From Azolla caroliniana (taxonomy: Eukaryota; Plantae; Polypodiophyta): DNA of 64,000 nucleotides. The translations under genes were made by a program, and so were the position numbers. The stretch covers positions 10,416,001 to 10,480,000 of the forward strand of contig JBHGNT010000006.1 in the NCBI GenBank assembly GCA_043228905.1, written 5' to 3'. Each line of letters begins with the position of its first letter. Within the stretch, counting starts at the first letter, position 1. This document shows, piece after piece, positions 61,455 through 64,000 of the stretch. A model generated the notes under the pieces. It searched no databases. It saw only the letters and a program-made list of their open reading frames with translations, and was not told where the DNA came from.

Positions 61455-64000
61455 GCGTAGTAGCGTTACATGTGCAACAACTTGAAGCAACCATTGTAGC
61501 ATTGCAACAACAAGGATCAAGTACTCAAGGGATTCATAAAGAGCCCAAGATCGGCCTTCCTATGAAATTCGATGGAACACGATCACAGTTCAGAGAATTC
61601 CTTAATCAGGTACGATTAGTCATTGAAATGCATCCTTCCCGATATCCCACCAATGCATCACGAGTGGGTCTAGTAAGCACGTTACTGAGCGGCTCAGCTT
61701 TGGCATGGTTCGCTCAGTTGTTGGAAAAAAGATCTCCCTTACTAAATAATTTTGAAGAGTTTATAAGCGAGTTTAAAGCCTATTTTGGAGATACTGATAG
61801 CATAAGGATGGCAATCAACAAAATCTGACGATTACGTCAAGGTGATCGTCCAGCCTCCGCTTATGCTGCAGATTTCCGTCTACTCGCCTTCGATATCCCT
61901 GGGATGACCAAGCATTGATGGAGAAATTTCGATACGGCCTACGAAATGATGTCAAAGACTTACTCCTGACTTCCTCCAAAGAACCAAAATCGCTCATAGA
62001 GGCAATCAGTCGAGCGGTACGATGCGATAACCAGCTTCTCGAATGACGTTCGAAATGGCAGTTACAAATGCCAAGGACCAAGTTAGAGCCCAAATATGCC
62101 TCGGTCATAACAAAACCATTTGCAAGGGAGTCATATCATGCATCTCCGACAATAGTCCACGGCAATGTGTGGTGTCGATTTCAATGTTGAGTAAATCAAT
62201 TATGTCTTTACTATGGAGGAGCATGGCATATCGTAATAAATTGTCCACATAGGCCAAGAAGACAGGTAAATCAAATAGTTGCTTGTATTAAACCCGAGTC
62301 TATTTCGGTAGGATTGTCTGATAGTCCTAATAGTACTAATAGCCCAAGTTTATCAAATAAATTTGATGTCCTTAGTTAGTTAGAAGAAGAGTTAAACGAC
62401 TAAGTCCAACCAAAAAAGGAGCCGTTTGGTTGGACAACCCTAGATCTGTGCAGCCCATTAGTGGTTTCATTCCCTCTAAGGAAGTTAGCAATGTGTTCTT
62501 AGCTCAAGTAACAGTTAGTACTAAAATTACCCCTCTAGTACATGTCTTAGCACTCCTAGATTCTGGAGCTAATTCTTGCTTTATGGATAGGAATGTTGCC
62601 CAAGCTCATCAGATATCCCTAAGAAAACTCCCTTGTCTAGCCTTTGTAGTAGTCATTGATGGTCGTCCCATTGCTTCCGAAAATATCATAGAAGAGTCAG
62701 AGCCAGTTAATATTGTCCTAGATAATTTAGCATGTGTAATATCATTTAATATAATTAGTAGCCCAGAACATCCCATTGTTTTGGGATTACCATGGTTTGA
62801 ATTACATAACCCAAACATAGATTGGAGAACAAGAGAAATCCGGTATGGACAAACCCGAGGATCTACTCATAGGATTGCAACCATTTCGCTACATCAATTG
62901 TGTGAGGAATGATGCAAGGAACCAATGTTCGTCTTCACGGTATTAGTAAAACCTTCCAACACCATGAAAGAGGAATCCACAGTTCAACTTCTAGAGAAGT
63001 ATTGTCATTTTGCCGATGTGTTCGATAAGGTACAAGACAATACGCTTCCTCACCACCGACCGTATGATTGCCCCATTGATTTACAACAGGGAAAAGAGCT
63101 ACCATGGGGACTGATCTAGAACTTGTCACCAACCAAGCTAGAAGTCCTTCGAACCTATATAGAGGAGAATCTAGCAAACGGTTTCATTTGACATTCGAAA
63201 TCTCTAGCCGCCGCACCCATTTTCTCTGTCAAGAAAATGGATGGATCACTTCGTCGCGTCGTAGATTACTGTGGCTTGATTAAGGTCGCCATTAGGAATA
63301 GGTATGCACTCCCCCTTATCTCAAGTCTTTAGAATGGATCAACAGTGCAAGGTTCTTCACAAAGATCGATTTACGAGGAGCATATAACCTCGTACAGATC
63401 TGACCAGGAGATGCATGGAAGACCGCGTTTCACACTAGATATGGGCACTAGTATACGGTCATGCCATTCGGTCTCACTAATGCGCCAGTAGTCTTCCAGC
63501 ACATGGCAAATGATATATTCCGAGATCTCTTGGATGTTTTTTTGATCATATATTTAGATGATCTATTGGTTTATTCGAAGACCCAAGAATAGCATGATTC
63601 TCATGTACTGTTAGTACTAAAACGGCTTTGAGAACACAGTCTTTATGCAAAACTGAAAAAATGTAGTTTCGAGTGCAACCAAGTGGAATTTCTAGGCTAC
63701 GTCATCTCCTCAGAATGCATCTCTATGGATCTAGCTAAGGTCAAATTTGTGGTAGAGTGGCAAACTCCACATTCGTTGCAAGATGTGCAATGATTTTTAG
63801 GCTTTGCCAATTTTTACCGCAAGTTTATACAGGATTACTCGAAGCTTATTCTGCCTCTCACACAGATTACCAAGAAAGGGCAGTCGTTTGTTTAGTCTAA
63901 AGAAGTGGACATGTCTTTTGAGAGTCTTAAGAAGGCATTTACATTAGCTCCTATCCTAGCCCATTCTGATCCGAAAAAACCGTTCATCATTGAGGCAGAC

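Larger units (their letters stand above)
59587..64000 (+). mobile_element. Decayed chromovirus D2 (relative of D), runs off the right edge
   Basis: LTR 59587-60072 similar to the D LTR; GTTTGAACCTATTT after the LTR; gag from 60161; PR and RT homologous to D with many stops. Confidence 0.9.

Noticed and set aside
1-64000. Host protein-coding genes or rRNA
   Set aside because: Every ORF with recognisable motifs belongs to a transposon; the remaining ORFs are antisense or off-frame shadows

Overview
Gene-free, deeply nested transposon stack from a eukaryote. The element lineages suggest a non-seed land plant such as a moss (inference). No host gene was found. Resolved by LTR pairs, primer-binding sites (PBS), polypurine tracts (PPT) and target-site duplications (TSD): Copia elements E (2243-26482, +), C (18663-24336, +, TSD CATGA), L (40848-57453, -) and several fragments; fungal-like tRNA-Trp-primed Gypsy elements A and B plus solo LTRs with 4-bp RCGY TSDs; a non-chromovirus Gypsy G (29511-39660, -) with a long extra ORF, inserted into a relative H; chromovirus K (44307-57074, TSD GTGTA); a near-intact self-priming Tcn1/Tf1-like chromovirus D (46980-52638, TSD GTTGG) and a decayed relative D2; and two Sola-like DNA transposon pieces. 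Two observations stand out. (1) The G family has no PPT: a copy of a tRNA-Arg 3' end including CCA sits in its place in three diverged copies, so in G both LTR/internal junctions carry an inward-facing tRNA-binding site, suggesting tRNA priming of both cDNA strands. (2) LTRs of three Gypsy families from two distant lineages carry an antisense tRNA-type Pol III A-box/B-box cassette in U3 with identical spacing. All alignments were done by eye and tRNA identities rest on recalled plant tRNA sequences, so both need computational confirmation.
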